This document shows positions 60,380-64,000 of a stretch of DNA of 64,000 nt, piece after piece. The notes under the pieces were generated by a model that was given only the letters and a program-made list of their open reading frames with translations, ran no database searches and was not told where the DNA came from. The translations under genes and the position numbers were made by a program. The stretch lies in assembly GCF_004010195.1 (NCBI RefSeq), contig NC_057720.1:23993236-24057235 (forward strand), in the 5' to 3' direction. Numbering within the stretch: position 1 is the first letter of the stretch; every line of letters starts with the position of its first letter. Source of the stretch: Chiloscyllium plagiosum (lineage: Eukaryota).

Positions 60380-63300
60380 GACCATGTCTGTAGTATATGC
60401 TGGTTGCTGGAAGAACTCCGGCTCAGAGTCGATGATCTGGAGTCTGAGCTTCAAACATTATGACACATCAGGAAGGGGGAGAGTTACCTGACACTGCGTT
60501 TCAGGAGACAGTTAGTTTAGACCCTTAGACTAACCAACTTGAATTTGGTCAATGGTCAAGGACAGGAGGGTGTGGCTATGAGTGAGGCAGGTCAAGAGAT
60601 CCAGGAGGTAGAGTTGTAGGAGCCTCAGCCCCTGTCCTTGTCCAACAGGTTCAAGAGTTTTGTTCCCTGTGTGGACAGGAATGGGGACGGCAGGGAGGAT
60701 GAATGACTGACTATAGCACCATGGTGCAGGGAGCCATTCAAGTGGGGGCAGAGAAGAGAAATGTTGTTGTAATTGGGGATAGTATAGTTAGAGGCATAGA
60801 CACTGTGACCAGGATCGAGTGCCCCAAAGGTTGTGTTGCCTGCCTACTCCTCGGGTTTGGGATATCTCATTAGGCTACAGAGGAACTTGGAGTGGAAGGG
60901 TAAGATTTCATGGTCGTTGTCCAGAGGTTCTGCTAAGGGAATATGAACAGCTAGGAACTAAATTAAAAAGCAGAACAAAAAAGGTAATAATCTCTGGATT
61001 ACTACCTAAGCCACGAGCTAATTGGCACAGCGTCAGTCAGATCTAGCAGGTAAATGCCTGGCTCAAAGACTGGTGTGGAAGAAATGGATTTGAATTCATG
61101 GGACATTGGCACTAGCACTGGGGAAGAAGAAACCTGTTCCGATGCGACAGTCTTCATCTGAACGATGCTGGGACCACAGTCCTAGCGAATCGCATAACTA
61201 GGACTGTAGACAGGGCTTTAAACTAAATAGGGGAGGGGACAATGAGGGTTCAGTTGTAGGGGAAATTAGAAAACCTGAATTAAAGGATGAGGTAAGAATG
61301 CAAAACTTAGGAGAGATTATTAAACTCTCCAGCACAGACATAAATAGGACAGAGTGTATTGAAAGGGTTAGCAATCAAACTTCAAGCACACTGGATAAAC
61401 AAATGACGATGAGAAGAGGGTCGGTTAATGCAGGACTGAAGGTGTAATACCTGAATGCATGCAGTATAAGGATGAAGGTAAATGAGCTTGAGGCTTAGAT
61501 CGAAATCGGCAGGTATGACATGGTGGGCATCACAGAGACGTGGCTGCAAGGGGGTGAGGATAGGGAACTGATTTTTCAAGGATATAAATCCTATCAAAAA
61601 GATAGGCAGGTGGGCAGAGTGGGTGGGGTTGCCCTGTTCTTACGAAGTGAAATTAAATCAATAGTAAGAAACAAAGTAGGGTCAGATGGTATAGAATCTG
61701 TGAGTAGAATTGAGGCACCGTGAAGGTAAAATAAAACATAGTTGGAGTTATGAACAAGCCTCCAAACAGTAGTCAGGATCTGGGTGCAATATACACCAAG
61801 TGATAGAAAAGAGGTGACATGGTGGCTCAGTGGTTAGCACTGCTACCTCACAACGCCAGGGTCACAGGTTCAATTCCAGCCTCAGGTGACTTGTCTGTGT
61901 GGAGTTTGCACATATTCCACATGTCTGCGTGGGTTTCCTCCGGATGCTCCAGTTTCCTCCCACAATCCAAAGATCTGCAGGTTCGGTGAATTGACCATGC
62001 TAAATTGCCCATAGTATTCAGGGATGTGTAGGTTAAGTGCATCAGTTAGGAGTAAAAGTAGGGGAATGGATCTGGGTGGATTACTCTTTGGAGGGTTGGT
62101 GTGGACTTGTTGGGCTGAAGAACCTGTTTCTACACTGTAGGGATTCTATGATTTGTAGGAAAGGCAAATTCTGGGGGATTTCAATATGCAGATGGACTGG
62201 GAAAATCAGGTTCCTAATGGATTGCAAGTAAAGGAATTTGTGGAATGTCTACAAGACGGTTTTTTGGAGCAACTTGTGGTGAAGCCCATTAGGGAGCAGG
62301 AAATATTGGATTTAGTGTTGTGCAATGAGGCAGACTTGATAAGGAAGCTTAAGGTGAAGGAACCCTTAGAAGGCAGTGGTCATAATATAATTGAATTTAC
62401 TCTGCAATTTGAGAGGGAGTAGATAGAATCAGAGGTAATGGTATTACAGCTGAATAAAGGCAACTACAGAGGTATGAGGGAGGTGCTGGGTAGAACTTGA
62501 CTGGGAGAGGAGCCCAGCAGGAAAGACAGTGGAACAACAATGGCATGAGTTACTGGGAGCATTTCAGGATACACAACAGAGATTCATCCCGAGGGAAACA
62601 AAGCATGGTATAGGGAGAGTGAGGCAATCATGGCTGACTAGGGAAGTCAAGGATAGCATAAAAGCAAAAGAGAAAGCATGTAATGTGGTGAAGGGCAGTG
62701 GGAAATCAGAGGATTGGGAAGCTTACAAAGACCATCAGAGGGCAACAAAAAAAAATAAGGAGGAAGAAGATTAAATATGAAGGTAAGCTAGTCAGTAATG
62801 TAAAGGAATACAATATAAGTTTCTTTAGATATATAAAGGGCAAAAGAGAGGAAAAAGTGGGCATTGGGCTGCTGGAAAATAATGCTGGAGAGATAGTAGT
62901 GGGGAACAAGGAAATGGCTAAGGAACTCAATAGTTATTTTGTGTCAATCTTCACAGAGTAATATCCCAAAAAATCAAGACAATGAAGGGGGAGAGCTGAG
63001 TACGGTGGCCATCACCAAGGAGAAGGTGCTAGAAAAACTGAATGGCCTGAAGATGGATAAATAACCTGGACCAAATGGACTACAGTCAAAAATTGTGATA
63101 CTGGTAAAGCATAGCCAGTCAGGCGGCATCTGAGGAGCATGAGAGTCAACATTTCGAACATAAGTCCTTCATCAGGAACCTGATGAAGAGTTTATGCTCA
63201 AAATGATGACTCTCCTGATCCTCGGATGCTGTCTGACTGGCTGCGCTTTTCCAGCACAACACGTTTTGACTCTAATCTCCAACATCTGCAGTCCTCACTT

Positions 63301-64000
63301 TCTCCCAGATAGACAGAGTTCAAAGGGAGATAGCTGAGGGGATTATGGAGGCATTAGTGGTGATCTTTCTGGAATCACTAGAATCAGGAGAGGGCTCCAG
63401 AGGACTGGAAAGTCGCTAATGTGATACCCCTTGTTTAAAAAGGGAGTAAGGCAAAAGATGGAAAATTACAGACTGATTAGCCTAACCTTGGTTGTGGGAA
63501 AGATTCTGGAATCCATTGTAAAGGATGCAATTTCTGAATACTTGAAAATATATGGTAAAATAGGCAAAGTCAGCATGGTTTCATCAAGGGGAGGTCATGC
63601 CTGACAAATCTACTAGAATTCTTTGAGGAACTATAGACCAGTGAGCCTAACATTGGTGGTGGGCAAGTTGTTGGAGGGAATCCTAAGGGACAGGATGTAC
63701 ATGTATTTGGAGAGGCAAGGACTGATTAGGGATAGTCAATATGGCTTTGTGTGTGGGAAATCATGTCTCACAACTTGATTGAGTTTTTTGAAGAAGTAAT
63801 AAAGAGGATTGATGAGGGCAGCGGTAGATGTGATCTATATGGACTTCAGTAAGGCATTCGACAAAGTTCCCCATATGAGACTGGTTAGCAAGGTTATATC
63901 TCATGAAATACAGGGAGAACTAGCCATGTGGATACAGAATTGGCTCAAAGGTAGAAGACAGAGGGTGGTGGTGGAGGGTTGTTTTACAGACTGGAGTCTA
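60380..64000 (+). mobile_element. Decayed long CR1 LINE (ORF1 esterase, APE, RT) with V-SINE (61813-62155) and Penelope palindrome (about 63095-63305) insertions
   Basis: VVVIGDSIVR near 60763, VGITETWL (61520..61723), ILDLVLCNE (62186..62422). RT motifs repeat after about 63630, where a second CR1 subfamily joins. Confidence 0.88.

Noticed and set aside
590..62961. Numerous 60-130 aa ORFs in the track as novel genes
   Set aside because: They map to transposon remnants, their antisense strands, or low-complexity AT-rich intron sequence, with no splice or homology support.
1..64000. CRISPR array or prokaryotic/viral system
   Set aside because: No regularly spaced repeat-spacer array or operon-like ORFs. 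The repeats are dispersed eukaryotic retroelements.

Overview
Vertebrate genomic DNA, most likely from a shark (elasmobranch-type HE1/V-SINEs, Deu-SINEs, CR1 LINEs and Penelope-like elements), with four assembly gaps. One host gene spans the window on the + strand: palmdelphin (PALMD, paralemmin family). I can splice coding exons 2-8 by hand (10092-10172, 19224-19354, 35464-35578, 42056-42080, 42179-42298, 43572-44675, 58885-58931) into one open frame with consistent phases. Exon 1 was not found and probably lies upstream. The gene encodes two alternative C-termini: read-through past the exon 7 donor gives a lipid-anchor tail (KQKCVCCSIL, CaaX), while splicing over a 14 kb intron gives a non-CaaX tail (ALRSKMTRLGKKVMM). 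The introns are full of nested retroelements. Penelope-derived repeats carry minimal hammerhead ribozyme motifs of at least four sequence families on both strands, often in short palindromic elements. Other notable structure: a perfect 73-bp inverted repeat enclosing a candidate cryptic terminal exon just upstream of exon 8, and a candidate ATG-bearing micro-exon upstream of exon 4. Repeat boundaries are approximate and family names come from motif recognition, not database searches.
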